A stretch of 64,000 nucleotides of DNA. It comes from Tubiluchus corallicola. Its lineage: Eukaryota > Animalia > Priapulida. The stretch lies in the NCBI GenBank assembly GCA_030141605.1, contig JAQGDQ010000832.1, forward strand, positions 26,601 to 90,600, in the 5' to 3' direction. Under the pieces are notes generated by a model. The model did not search any database, was not told where the DNA came from, and worked only from the letters and a program-made list of their open reading frames with translations. Each line of letters begins with the position of its first letter. Position 1 is the first letter of the stretch. Below, in pieces: positions 44,401 through 56,200 of the stretch. Position numbers and translations under genes: made by a program.

Positions 44401-44851
44401 ATAATTGATCTGGGTCGGCTTGTACGGGTTTGTGTGAAAAACGTGTAATAACAACTATTAGGACTGCACAAAAATATAAGTTCAATACACTAAATCTTGA
44501 CACTTTAAATATTGAGGTGTAGTGCCATTTATGAAAAGGCTTATAGACTTGAAAGGAAATTAATGCTTCATATTGTTTTTACATGTATTTATTATTTGCT
44601 TTATTTGAAGAGCAGTTTATTTTTGATGCATTTAGTATTTTTGTTATAAATGTGTAGCCATTTGTAAGCAGTGCTTATACTTATATTTACTTTATATTTT
44701 ACAGACTGGAGGTTTGTGGGCATTTGGCACATTACTGTTTTCTGGGAGTTTATACTGCAGAGCTCTCACTGGCAATGAAAAGTGCACAAAGGTTGCACCA
44801 TTCGGTGGTGGTCTGATAATTCTTGGTTGGATAACTGCAGCTATTTTATGA
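35429..44851 (+). CDS. TMEM256: transmembrane protein 256-like (DUF423/UPF0382), 4 exons
   Basis: Exons 35429-35609, 40068-40114, 41464-41544 and 44705-44851 splice in phase: ...FFRMGAASGAVAMIMGAYGAHG-AFKNKEPGDETEKLKL-IYFRAHAVHLAHSLALLIVPLTGRPCV-TGGLWAFGTLLFSGSLYCRALTG...VAPFGGGLIILGWITAAIL*. GAYGAHG, GT.LFSGSLY and AP.GG...I.GW are family motifs. The start could instead be the later ATG at 35516. Confidence 0.9.
36660..37345 (-). mobile_element. 5'-truncated CR1/L2-like LINE remnant
   Basis: Minus-strand RT C-terminal motifs LQHDLDKILD, MISHDFEWNSHVNHIIAKANR, KAVVQPILEYVSVVWS and VQPWNHL, with stops and frameshifts. Confidence 0.75.
37798..37852. repeat. (TA)n/(CATA)n microsatellite
   Basis: Directly visible. 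Confidence 0.8.
38069..38652. repeat. tandem duplication of a ~293-bp unit (LINE 3'-region fragment)
   Basis: Unit starting AAACTGCAAATGGATTTACATTTTT at 38069 and 38362, with few differences; the minus strand reads INTIQFQGIKIWNSLDPSIKKC, like L2/CR1 ORF2 C-termini. Confidence 0.85.
39217..39360. mobile_element. small hAT-like MITE remnant rich in ATCG repeats
   Basis: AGGGTGTTAACAGTATCGATAATTATCGATTATCG...GTATCGTATCG...TATCGCTTACCTT; no clear TSD. Confidence 0.4.
40543..41020. mobile_element. young pogo/Tigger-type MITE in TMEM256 intron 2
   Basis: 26-bp TIRs CAGTGGCCGCCGCTTATT(A/G)TGGACAC with one mismatch; TA on both flanks; internal CGCTTAATATGGACA repeats. Confidence 0.9.
41786..43754 (+). 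mobile_element. defective hAT transposon (ZMYM1-like/hATC transposase pseudogene) in TMEM256 intron 3
   Basis: TIRs CTGGGCTGCCAAAAGG / CCTTTCACCAGCCCTG; 8-bp flanks CCTAGCAA / CCTGGTAA (6/8). Broken transposase motifs GYDNGANMKG, TPCACH, VKPLSET*W, FRIEFFNTVVD and hATC motif LSIPVTVAAGERSFSKLKLMKTFLRS..LQERLTNLAILS.E. Confidence 0.9.
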
Positions 44852-46151
44852 GTTACACTTGCAGAATCTTTAGTGGTTAGGATAACTAATAAGGATAATA
44901 ATATCCATGAAAATTAGAAATTGCACTTCACTGTATTAAGCTTAGATTTGTACACTAGTTGATGTAAGTAATGAAGTTTTGCTGTAAATTACTACTTCTG
45001 CATTTTTTTGTATGAAATTTCAGTCTTGCACTTAAATGTGTAATAATTATGATACCATTAATGTAACTAGTTGCAAATAGTGTGTATTGGTTGTCTGGTT
45101 TTAAAGCTGATTTCTCAATTTTTTGTTTGGTTTTAAAGCTGAGTCTGTTTTGAATTTTCTGTTTTAAACGGAATGGTGTTTTAAGTATCTAGTCTGGCTA
45201 GTCACTTGAAGCTGTTGTGCTGTAGCTGCTGTTCTAAACAGCTAGGTATAAAATATATATATAGCTATTAAGGATTTGACAGCTATATGATATCATTAAA
45301 AAGTATTATGTTGTTTAACTGCAAAATCATGTTGATGCATTACATTGTAAAAGCAATAAATTTTCTTTAGTTATTGCAATTCATAATTATGGTAATTATT
45401 TATCATAATAATTACACGTTGTAAACGCATTACGTTAATTTTGCAACGGATTTGTGTTTTGTTGGTTTGGTGCCTGTACCAATGTCAGACTTTTTAAAAA
45501 TCCTTTGATATGTCAAGGACTATTGCACCTCTTGCTTAGCTACTCTCAGTATGCAAAAATGGGGAAAGAAAAGGAAAAGTCATGCTGCATATAAGCATTG
45601 TTCAGCGAAGTCATTTTTCTCCAACAAACAGTGCAATTGCTCATTTCAAATGGCGTGAAAGATTATTTGTACTGATACTTTGTTGCACGCCATTGCCTTT
45701 TATATTCAGAGCTAATTGAAGAGTAAAAGTGTGAACTAGACATGCAGTTGGAAATAATAGAATTGAAGGCTGGTGTTTTTTCATTAAAGCTGTTGATATT
45801 TTTGCCTAACACCAAGCAGGCATTTCACCTTTTTGAAGTGAAGTGGTGAGTTTTTTGGTTTACATAAACAAATAACAGATTCACTACGGTATGAAAAAAC
45901 TCTCCTGAGACTTGCAGGTATGAATAAAGTGTTTAATGCCACTTTATCAGCTGAAAATTACAGAAAAAAGTTTAAATCAGTTTGTACCAGTCGAAAAAAA
46001 GTGGAAATTAAAAGCCAAAGTTCATTCCTTTAAAACATAATGCGTTATAGAAAGCGTAAAAACAACTGCATGGCAAGAAAAAGCAAGCACTATTCAATAG
46101 GTGTTGCCAGACTAAAAGTTACAATTAAACAACTAAGTAAATCATACTTGA

Positions 46152-46810
46152 ACGGTCGTCAGGGAACCTTGGTTCGAGATCAACAGAACAAGGTACCACC
46201 CAGACATCCTGGCGACCAAAGGTGGTCATACGTACGTTATCGATCCGACCATCTCGGCAGCAGGAAACATCTACTCGCTTAGGGCCAGGTGCAGGGACAA
46301 GGCCCTGAAGTACGAACCGATCCTCGATGCCGTCAAACAGCGGTGCGGCTCTGCCACTGCCTCGTCGCACGGCATCTGTGTGGGCTTTCGTGGGGAATGG
46401 GCAGGAGGAGAGAACGACGTTCTCCTGAAGACACTCGGTCTTCTGAACGTCAGAGCCAAACTAGTCCGCTCGGCGATTAGAGGCTCGTGTATGGTGTTTA
46501 GAAAGTTCCTGGGAAGGCAAAGGAGGGAGACCTAGGTCATCTCCTGCGCAGGATGTCACTCGAGTTCTTAGTGTGAAACGTGTGAAAGGTTTATACCTAG
46601 GGGAAATCCGACTACTCTATGAGCAGCCGGTGGATACCGTACCTTTACGGTATCGAAAAGGCGAGTTTTGTTGGGTCTGAAGAAATCCAGTTCCCACGGA
46701 ATTGACGGATGCCGTATCTTTATGGAAGAATTTGGAATTTGGCAAGTTTGACTCGAGTCAAAACACACAGGTGAACAGATCCGACGCCTGTGAAATCTGA
46801 CAAAATAAAA
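46152..46810 (+). mobile_element. 5'-truncated R2-superfamily (RLE-type) non-LTR retrotransposon: endonuclease C-terminus plus 3' UTR
   Basis: Open frame 46152-46535 (127 aa; no N-terminal start codon, so absent from the ORF track): TVVREPWFEINRTRYHPDILATKGGHTYVIDPTISAAG...RCRDKALKYEPIL...GICVGFRGEWAGGENDVLLKTLG...*. It matches the restriction-like endonuclease pattern EP...PD-x(11-14)-D...K..KY...G.RG.W. The segment is visibly GC-richer than its flanks and ends in an A-rich tract. Confidence 0.8.
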
Positions 46811-48054
46811 TCAAATAAAAATTCATTAAAATTGCAAAAGCAGAGGAAGAAAGACAATAGTAATAATTTTGAGTTAAATGCTAAATGCACCGAGGGACAA
46901 ACAGAAGAATCAAAAAATGAAGAAAAGTAAATATTGATAAAAACGAATACATAATGAGCAAAAATCAAATTAACAGCTGCTATCCTTACTCCAAATTCAT
47001 TTGTCGTTTCAATTTTTTCTTTTGTAATTTCTGATTTCCCAGTCAAAGTAATCTTTAGCTTTGCATGATATGATTACTTTAAATAGGGGTGAGGGGACAG
47101 TTGAATGAGTTTTATAATGTTTACCCCAGGCTGAACATGGTGTACGAGTATGATTCTTGCAGGTTCTTGCATGATTTTGCTGTAGTTTTCGCTTTGATCC
47201 TCATCATTAGCCACAATTCTCAGTTCCTGAGTTTTCAGTTTTTTTGTTAATTTGTAACAGCTGATCAAATCAAAACCAGTAAAAAATAATTATTATTTTC
47301 CATTGCATCAGATTGACACGCCCTTCTAACATTATCACCAGACCCTTTTTTGCATTTACTTCAACCACCATCAAATAATTAAGCGATGTGAACATGAGCG
47401 GATACAGTTTATTTCACGGACCTATAAGTTTATCAACAAACGGAGGCCTAAACATGTAGGCTGTAGACAGCTATAATTATATCCAATTGTGCTATATTAC
47501 TGATCCTGAAATTTATTCACGGAATATTTCAGCCCAAAATGCTATCTCTATCTTGAAATATCAGACTCGTGTACGGGTCAGATTGTCATCAAATCCTCGG
47601 AAATTATAAAATAGTCAATGGTTGTGGAACTCTTTGGTTTTTGCATAGATTTAAATGTAGGGTCATTGAGGCTATTTCTAACGAAGATCCGAAAACGTTG
47701 AACAATGAGATATAATGCTGCACGCATATAAAGTTCTACTCTGACATGTATCAAGGTCTAATGTCTCAATGGTCTACATGTCCAAAACAGACAATTCCCA
47801 AGTTGCCTATATAGCCAAGCTATCCGAGCCCAACTGTTTTGTGGCGAGGCACTTGATTGTGCTCAAATATGTGATCTATAGTGAAAATGAAATGTTATGC
47901 ATACAGCACATGCTCAACCATTTAAGTGTTTACTGGCAACGCACAAAAAAGAAAAAGAAATATATAATTATAAGCTACTTGTGAATAAGATGAACAATTA
48001 CATGAAAATTAAATTAAATGTGTTGGCATTGATGTGTAACTTGAAAAGTACACG

Positions 48055-50790
48055 AGAATAGAATAGAGTAAATTTATTTTACAACAACAAATGCAACCGA
48101 TACAATAATAACAATAATAAGAAATTAAGTTGTTGTAAGGAGAAAAGAATTAAGGAGCAAGTGCTTTCTAGTCTTCTTCCTACAGGTGGACACCATAACT
48201 GTAAACATCAATCTATGATTATAATTATAAATTTTTAAAAAAAAAACAAAATGGTGAATGTCGGGACATTTTAGGGAACAACTACTACATCAATCAAGAG
48301 AAACACTTGAACAATTGAAAAGCTTTTAACTCAATTCTATTGTACTAACAATAATTCTTAAAACAGGTGCATCTAGAAAAAAATTGTTTAACTGATTTTC
48401 CAAATTTACTTAAATTAAACATTTTAAATTCTTTAAAGATGTTCAACCAAAGTTTTATATTTAGTTGTTTGCTGAAAAATATTAGTCGAGTGCTGTGACA
48501 TAAAATAATTAATAGATAATGCAAGTCTGATGCATTTGTAATTAACGCAAGTCTGATATAGTGATTATGGGTATGGAGAACTAAATATAGAAAATTCCCG
48601 GAGTAATAATTTGTGACCAAATCTGTAAATAAACATAATTATAAGGGAGTGCAAGTCATATATTTCTTTAATCTTAAAAGTGTAAGCCTGGTTATCTGTT
48701 ACATTAGTTTCATGGTCATAAAGAACTGTATGGATTACTTCAAAAATTTTATTTCGAGCTTTGAAGTACAGCTGAGGCAGATTTATAAACCCCACCCAAT
48801 GACGTAATGCTAAGTATGGATAGACTGAACTGTAATAAATTTTCCTAAGTGTTTTCAATTTAGTGATTATGCGCAGTTTACACATAATACCTGTAATTTT
48901 ACTGATTCTGTGTTTAACATTATCTATAAAATTTAATTATGAAATTTCCAGTTCAGACGTTCATTAATGGATATACTGTGATATATGTATATTGAAAACC
49001 TACATTATGATGCGCAGCAATAAAAGTTAGTTGGTTCTAACGGCAGACTCTGGTTGAGCTGTTTAGTGCTTTGGCCTAATATTTAATCAACACATTATAC
49101 AGAGTGAAGAAATGACACCCAGATCATACAAAGTTCAATTAAATGAAGGACAGATGCAACCGAAGAGATGTCTTGAAAGTGCCGCAAGACAGTAAAAGAA
49201 TGTTGACTGAAAAACCTATAATGACTGAAATTCATAGGTGAAATGTGATGAAAAAATGATAAGTTAACAAATGTGACAGAAAACAGAGAAGTGCAACCAA
49301 AACAGGTGTTCACTAGAAGTGGAAGACTAGTAGTCAAGCTCAGGAGATATAGAGAATAGAAAAACATAAATACACAGTGTTTACTTGTTTAAAGCAAAAT
49401 ATGTATTTTTAAACTTAATCTTTTATAACAGATACTTATTTAATATTGCAATTACATAATGCACTGTATTAGCATTGAGTTTGGTTAAACAGTAGTTCTG
49501 TATTGAACTACTTAGATAGCAATTGGCATCATACCTTATAAAAAAATTAAAGCCAGCAAATTATATAGCAGAAGGATGTAAAACTAAATTAATTTAGGTA
49601 ATCAAGTTGTGAACTTCTTTTGTACCGGGTAATCTATAATGATAAAATATGGCTAATAGGCAGTGTCCAGAAAATAGGTGGATACCTATTTTCACCATTT
49701 CTAAAGGTGAATTGTGGCTGTAGTTCAAAGCTTTTCATTTTGTTTAACTGTTATATCACAAAATGCCAGAGAAAAGGGGATGTGATATATTGAAGACCTA
49801 CATTATGATGCGAAACAGTAAAAGTTAGTTGGTTCTAATGGCAGACCACTTGGACTGTTTAGTGTTTTGGCCTAACATTTAATCAACATATGATATATAC
49901 CTGAATATTTGACCACATTTTTTCTTTCAAGTTGGACCTCATTAAGTATAATTTCAAGATGTGCATTTATTGAGTTAGATTTCTTAATATTAAGGGATAA
50001 TTTATTGACAGTAAGCTATCCAATCAGTAACATATTTAAGTTCTTGGTGCATTATAAACTCTAATTTATTAAATGAGTGTCAGTTAACAATTTCTTTGTG
50101 TCATCTCCAAATGTCATTTATATACACAATAAAAAATAAAACTGGACTCAAAGGGACCTTGACTGTTATTGGAAGTTCAGAGGGTTGACATCTATCTATT
50201 TCAACATACTAATTGCGACCAGTTAAACAGCTTTTGAACCAAGAATGAGACACAGCTGTAATACCTAAAACGTTTAATTTGTCAAGAAGAACATCATGAT
50301 TATCTGTGTCAAATGCTTTTGACAAGTCAGTGAATTATCAATTGGCTACATTGCTTTATCTGACATTTCAAGAAGAGAAAATGAAGTCGAGTGATTTTTT
50401 TAAACCAGATCGGATGTCAATTGGAATGTTATTTTAGAGAAAGAAAGAAGTGAGCTGTCTAAAAATGAGTTTTTCCAGAATTTTTGAGAAAATACTAAGT
50501 ACAGAGATAGGTCAGTAATTGCAAACCAATGAAGATGAACCAGATTTAAACACAGTGATAACCTTTGAAATTTTAAGTGGATCTGGAAAAACACCTAAAG
50601 TTAAAGACAAATTGTAAATAGCAGTTAAAGGTTTTGCACTTACTGGACTGGCCATTTCAACAGACAATTACTAATATATTCGGGAGCAGATGCTTTATTT
50701 GCATTTAATTTTAATAAATGATCTAGTACATGATTTTCATAGACTTTTTTAAAAGTATATTCCATTATATTGATGTTAAAGATAAGATTA
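48055..50790 (-). mobile_element. decayed L2/CR1-like LINE (RT region), interrupted by an LTR element
   Basis: Minus-strand motifs [47 protein letters not shown] (restored when 48977-49895 plus one TSD copy is removed) and KIYYSSVYPYL; (GAATA)n-like tail near 48055. Boundaries approximate. Confidence 0.75.
48977..49895 (+). mobile_element. miniature non-coding LTR retrotransposon (TRIM-like)
   Basis: ~120-bp direct repeats starting TGTGATATA at 48977 and 49781; polypurine tract AGAGAAAAGGGGA immediately before the 3' repeat; 5-bp TSD TATAC (48972-48976 / 49896-49900). Confidence 0.8.
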
Positions 50791-51074
50791 AGTATGACTT
50801 AGAAGTAATTTAATGCACCATGTGCGCAATACCCAAGAATATACATCTGAGCCTCTGTTTGTTTGCAGTTGTTTAAGTCAGGTAAATGTCTGGTGGTTGA
50901 TACCCGAGCCCTATATTAAACGAATGTGTAAGTGGTAAGAAGAGTAATTATTGGGTGCAAGGCGGCCATCATAGAATATAGAAAAGAATAAGGAGTCACG
51001 ATATGAATCTGTACACAATGTACATAGATCTCGCAGTCGTCGTCTTTCCAAACGAGTGATTGCTTATTTGATTA

Positions 51075-51376
51075 CTGCAAAGAGAGTCAAGACTGAAATT
51101 CACTGAACCACCTCTGGAATGATACAGTATTGTGCAGCGGTCGTGGCAGGCAGCGGAACACACATGTGTCATTTCGCCTTTGATTTCGCCAGTCGAGACA
51201 TCATCATTTCTGTTTACCATCATTCACAGTTTCTGCAAAGAGAGTCAAGACTGAAATTCACTGAACCTCCTCTGGAATGATACAGTATTGTGCAGCGGTC
51301 GTGGCAGGCGGCGGAACACACATGTGTCATTTCGCCAGTTGAGACATCATCATTTCTGTTTACCATCATTCACAGT
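51075..51376. repeat. near-identical tandem duplication (~155 bp)
   Basis: CTGCAAAGAGAGTCAAGACTG...CATTCACAGT at 51075-51230 and 51233-51376; the second copy lacks 12 nt (TTTGATTTCGCC). Confidence 0.9.
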
Positions 51377-53272
51377 GTGGTGGTGCAGCGATGCTGCCAA
51401 TGCTAGTTGATCGATTAAGAAAACATGAAATCAAATTTTATTTTTTAAACATTTAATTTAACACATTGGGACTCGTAACGCATTTATATGTGCGTAGTAA
51501 GTAGATTTGATTATTGTTAATGTGTGTTTATATAGGTTTTTTGCGCATATTTGTTATACTTTTTACCTTCTTTAGTAGGCTTTACGTATGCATAGGCAGA
51601 TCTCTATAGAATTAGAAATGTCGAAATGGAATTCTGCAAAAACAGAATTACAGCATTGCTGTAAGATTCCCTCACGTGGTGTGAAGCAGCACCAAGAAAC
51701 TTATGTAACTGCTACAGGTTTTGACTGCAAGACAATAAATCTTCACTTATGTCTAAGTTGCAGCTTAGTTATGTACAGCTGTTAGTGTTAGTGTAACACG
51801 TACAGTTTGCTTCCTTTCTATTTTTGTGTATAAACAAGAGCTATTGTTTCACAATGCACGTTTGTCTGACAGCCATGTAATAGTAGGGCTATAGTTCTGT
51901 ATGTTACATTGTCTAAATTTAGTTCATGTTAATCTTTCATTAAACTAAAACTGAAGTCAATGTCACTAATACCTTACAGCTCAAAAGTTTTCCTAGCTTT
52001 ACTGACAGTCAACTACAGTATCAGTTTGACATAACATAAACTTTAGTTTTATTTGTCTTCATACATTTTGTGCAGTCGTATAATACTTGGAAAAAAATTA
52101 AATACATTAATTGCACATTTAGGTTTTATAAGCTACTTGATATGACTTTTTAATACCACCAGTGTTGCAGTCAAAGATTTTTAACATTTTCCATAAACGA
52201 AACTGGAAAATATAGAAAATGTGTTACACTGCAGGTATTGTTGTTAGTTTTAATAGTTTATTTTAATTTGATAGTTGAATCTTCATAGTGGTAGTTCTGG
52301 TATTTGGTTCATCTTTGCTTGTTCATCCATTGTACAAAAACCAAACACCATAGTTGTTGGCTTAGCAGTTTTGTTTGTATATATTTATGTATGCTTAGAA
52401 GAAAGCAATAGTTTCCTGCATGAGCCAAGCTTACTTCCCTGCATGAGCCGAGCTTGCTGACCAAGGTTAAGCAATTCAATTGACACTTTGTGTTTCTTTA
52501 TATATAAACTTAGGTGACAAGCTAGCTGGTTTAGCTATGTGGATATAATTATATGAACAATTTGTTACAGTTTTCTGCATAGCAAAAAAAATTAACATTA
52601 ATACTTTGGCATAAAAGCATTACAATTGGAGCTTCTCGGCTGTGAATTGTTACAAGTGTTTACACTAATGTGACAGATCATGTGTAGAAATGTGGAATTT
52701 TAGCTTTGTAGTTCTTATTCGTGCTGTAAAATTGTTACTAGAATAGGTAGGCCTGCAAATTTTTTGTTGAAAAAGGAAAGAATTTTTTTTTGTATTGCAC
52801 TGTGAAAAATTCTATGCATTTTTCAGAAATACGTTTTAATAAAAAAATTGACATTTTGACTGTGTAATGTGGTTTGATAGATACGCAAAACTTTACACCG
52901 TAAATTTAACTAATACCAAGAGAAAAATTACAACATGCCAAGCTACACTTTTCAGTTTTGACAAATCTAATTGCTACTTTTGTTAAATTTTTAAGCATAG
53001 GTTTAAAATAGCTGATTTATCATGTTAAGTGAGCAAATTGTTATAGATAGAAATAAATACTATATAAATGTTGCCTGTTATTCTGCTTAAATTGCTTATG
53101 TTTGTGAATTTGCTAGTTATTGTATATATTATGACTAAATATAAATTTAGTTAAAATTAGTACATGTAGCAATATTCGTTTAATTGGTGAAATTATATTT
53201 TTAAAGTGGTTCACATTGCAGTTTTCTAGAAAACCTAAATGTATAACTTTTTTAGAATATACCAAGTAAACT

Positions 53273-56200
53273 ATGCAGAGGACTAGACCGTCACGAGCAG
53301 TGAAGGAATGGCTGTCAGATTATAAGGTAAGTTTCTATCAAACACAGAGATGCGCTGACTATTCAGATCGTGAAATTTTTACCCAGAATATCGATATAAA
53401 TATCCGATCCAGTAAACTTCAGTTGTAATCACTAATGGTGCATCTTGTAAAGACAAGACTAGCCAATTTTCTCTCTAACAGCAAACTCGTAAGCTTTGCA
53501 AGTTACTGTAAGCAAGTTAGTGCGAACTCTCTGACGGTTGCTGCAAGTTGATTTCCTGTAAGGTACTATTTAGTGTGAACGCCTCAGTGAGTTGCTCTGG
53601 ATACTTCTTACAGTGAACAGAGAAGAGAGTCTCTGCTCATGCTTACTGCTGGACAGTAACTCGCAGCGAGTTTAACTGTCCAGTCTGAATGTACTTGCGA
53701 GTTGCTTTGGCGAGTTTGCTCGGTGAGTTTTAGATTAGGTGAACTTCGGTTACTTAGCAGTTATTAGATTCAGTGAACTTAGGTAACTGAAGTTGCTTTT
53801 TTAATAATTGAGATATTCGCTGAAAATTATACTAAACAAACGGAACATTTCCCTATCATGCTTATAAAAAGGTATCCGGAAAAAAGGTGATAGCGAAGTG
53901 CGAGCACATCCCAACAGCCGACATTTTTCTTTTGTTTCTGTGTGATAATATAAAGAATACAAATTGGTACACAAGTCCTGTCAGTGCTCAATATCATGGC
54001 TGTGCTATATTATACACATTGAAATATATCATGAGAATTTGAGCTAGTAAACAATTATACTACTGCAGTTTTGCTTAAAGAGTGTTTGTATTTATTGCAC
54101 AAAATATTTTAAACAGCTTTTGAAAGAATTAAGGCTGCTTTTAAAATGCTTAACACCTTACTACATTTATAACAGTTACATAAAAACTCACAACAATTTT
54201 GAACAGGTCACCAGTCAGCATTAACTGAAAACGATAAAACATTAAAAAGTTTTTAATTCTTTTCAGTTGGAATTACAAGAAAATTTGGTTTGGTATTCCA
54301 ATTTAACTTGATATTTTATTCAAATTCAGTAACACTATCGTTCAATTAAGCTTCGCTTTCTTGTCATAAAAAAACATAAAAAAATTGGCTTTGGTTCTGT
54401 TGACAAAAATGTGCCTTTGGTGCACCTCTAATGTAACATGAGCGCTTCACCTATAGCTATCAGTTTACGTGTCAAAAAATTAACAAGTAATTTTGTCCTG
54501 TATAAATTACATCAAAAAGTAAGAAGGAATATGCATGTAGTATGACAAAATTAAAGTCTAATTCAAAACTAATAATATTCATATGCATTACAAAGATTGA
54601 TAATTCAACAAAATTTGCAATTTACATAATTCTACTATATATTCTAAAGCTAGTGATCAGTGCTTTATCATAATCAATTTTGTGCAAAATCTGTTTAAAT
54701 TGGCTTTGTTTGGTAATAGACACATAGAAATATACTAGAATATATTTGAAATAAGGCGAGTGAAAGATTAAAGAAAAAATGGAAGGCTGCAAGGTGACGT
54801 AACAGTTGTTAAAGTGCAATAACAGCAGAGAAGCGGATAGCATATAAAAACGAGGAGATACAGAGAAGAAGAAACAAATGGGAGGACTGTTATGTGTTAC
54901 AAAATTCTCATTTGAGATGCTAAAGGGGTGGAAGGCTGTAAAGTCAACTTGTAATCCTTATGCAGTACTAAATAATTAGAGACGTATAAAGCACTTCAGT
55001 AAGTTATATATAAATACGTGTTATGCATACCATCAATATAATTCAGAAGTATCTTAAAAATTCTAAGCGAATTTCTCAAATTGTAGTAATGCTTTTCATG
55101 TCTTATCTTTTTCTCTGTCAAGTAGTTGGATGAAATATCAGGCCTGTTCTTAATAAAACTGAGTCATGAGTGATAAACTGCTCAGGACAGCATTGCTGCA
55201 ACTATAACATCAGTTTTTGTGGCATAATTATGTACATAATTTTGCTTGCACATAGAATGACAAATAGATACTATTTGTTAACACACACTGACTAGTTATT
55301 CATAGTTCTCTATCATTACGACTATAAATAACTTTACTCGCTATAATAACATATTGTCCCACACATTTTTAAATGCTCACATGATGTTACCCAACTCTGT
55401 TTGTTCATCGTACTATTTTCATATATTTGCTATCATTCTTTTCGTGTCATTTACAACATCGTCTCTCTTGCTTAATATTTTTGTCTTCATTCAGTATTTG
55501 TCTGTCCTTTCCAGCTTCACTGTTGTTACTGGGAACTTTGTGAGCTGCAAAAGTTTAACACAAATGCCATTAGTGATTTACACGCATTTTATAGCATATA
55601 GCTAATACAAGGCTGATATAGTACAGCGTATGTCAAAATTTATAAGCTATTACACAAATTTATGTTTAGATTCAGAACATTAGCAGAACTTTATGTTGTC
55701 ATGATTATTTTTCACAAAATGTCGTGCGAAATTTGTCCGATGTGACAATTTTTATTCTAAATACTGTAAACATTAAAGTGGATTGTCCGGTCTGTTATTT
55801 TTTCTATACATTTTATCAATCAAGCAGTATCACACAACATTCTTTTTCTTTCATTTTTATTTATTTACAAAATTACATGATTTCGTATAAAATATTCTTT
55901 TTCTTGAATATGAAATGCATTGAGAAGTGTGTTATTAGAGTTGTGAGGACATATTATATATTAAAGTTGAGAAAGTGTGCGTACTCAGTTATACAATCTA
56001 TAGCTATTTTTGAGCTTTTTTCTGGCTTACATTTCCTATTTGTTTAATAATGCTCATGTAATGGTTCTTTTTGTTTAAACTTCTTAACCTCATTTCTAAT
56101 AAGGCTATACATAAATTTTTTTGAAGAAATCCTGACTGTATTTATGATTCCATTGTCAGCATTTGTCTGAACAAATCGTAAGCATGGTAATATACTAGTG

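Noticed and set aside
46040-46768. Overlapping ORF-track ORFs in the GC-rich island (80, 81, 62, 63 and 66 aa) as novel small proteins
   Set aside because: They are alternative-frame or antisense shadows of the RLE endonuclease frame 46152-46535 and its UTR.
51588-51785. Upstream coding exon of hyccin (MSKWNSAKTELQHC)
   Set aside because: An in-frame TAA lies just before the hyccin ATG at 53273, so this could at most be a 5' UTR exon or uORF; unsupported without cDNA.
53410-53800. Imperfect inverted/GCGAGTT-rich repeats as a structured ncRNA
   Set aside because: More simply explained as a decayed MITE; no recognisable RNA family motifs and the boundaries could not be fixed.
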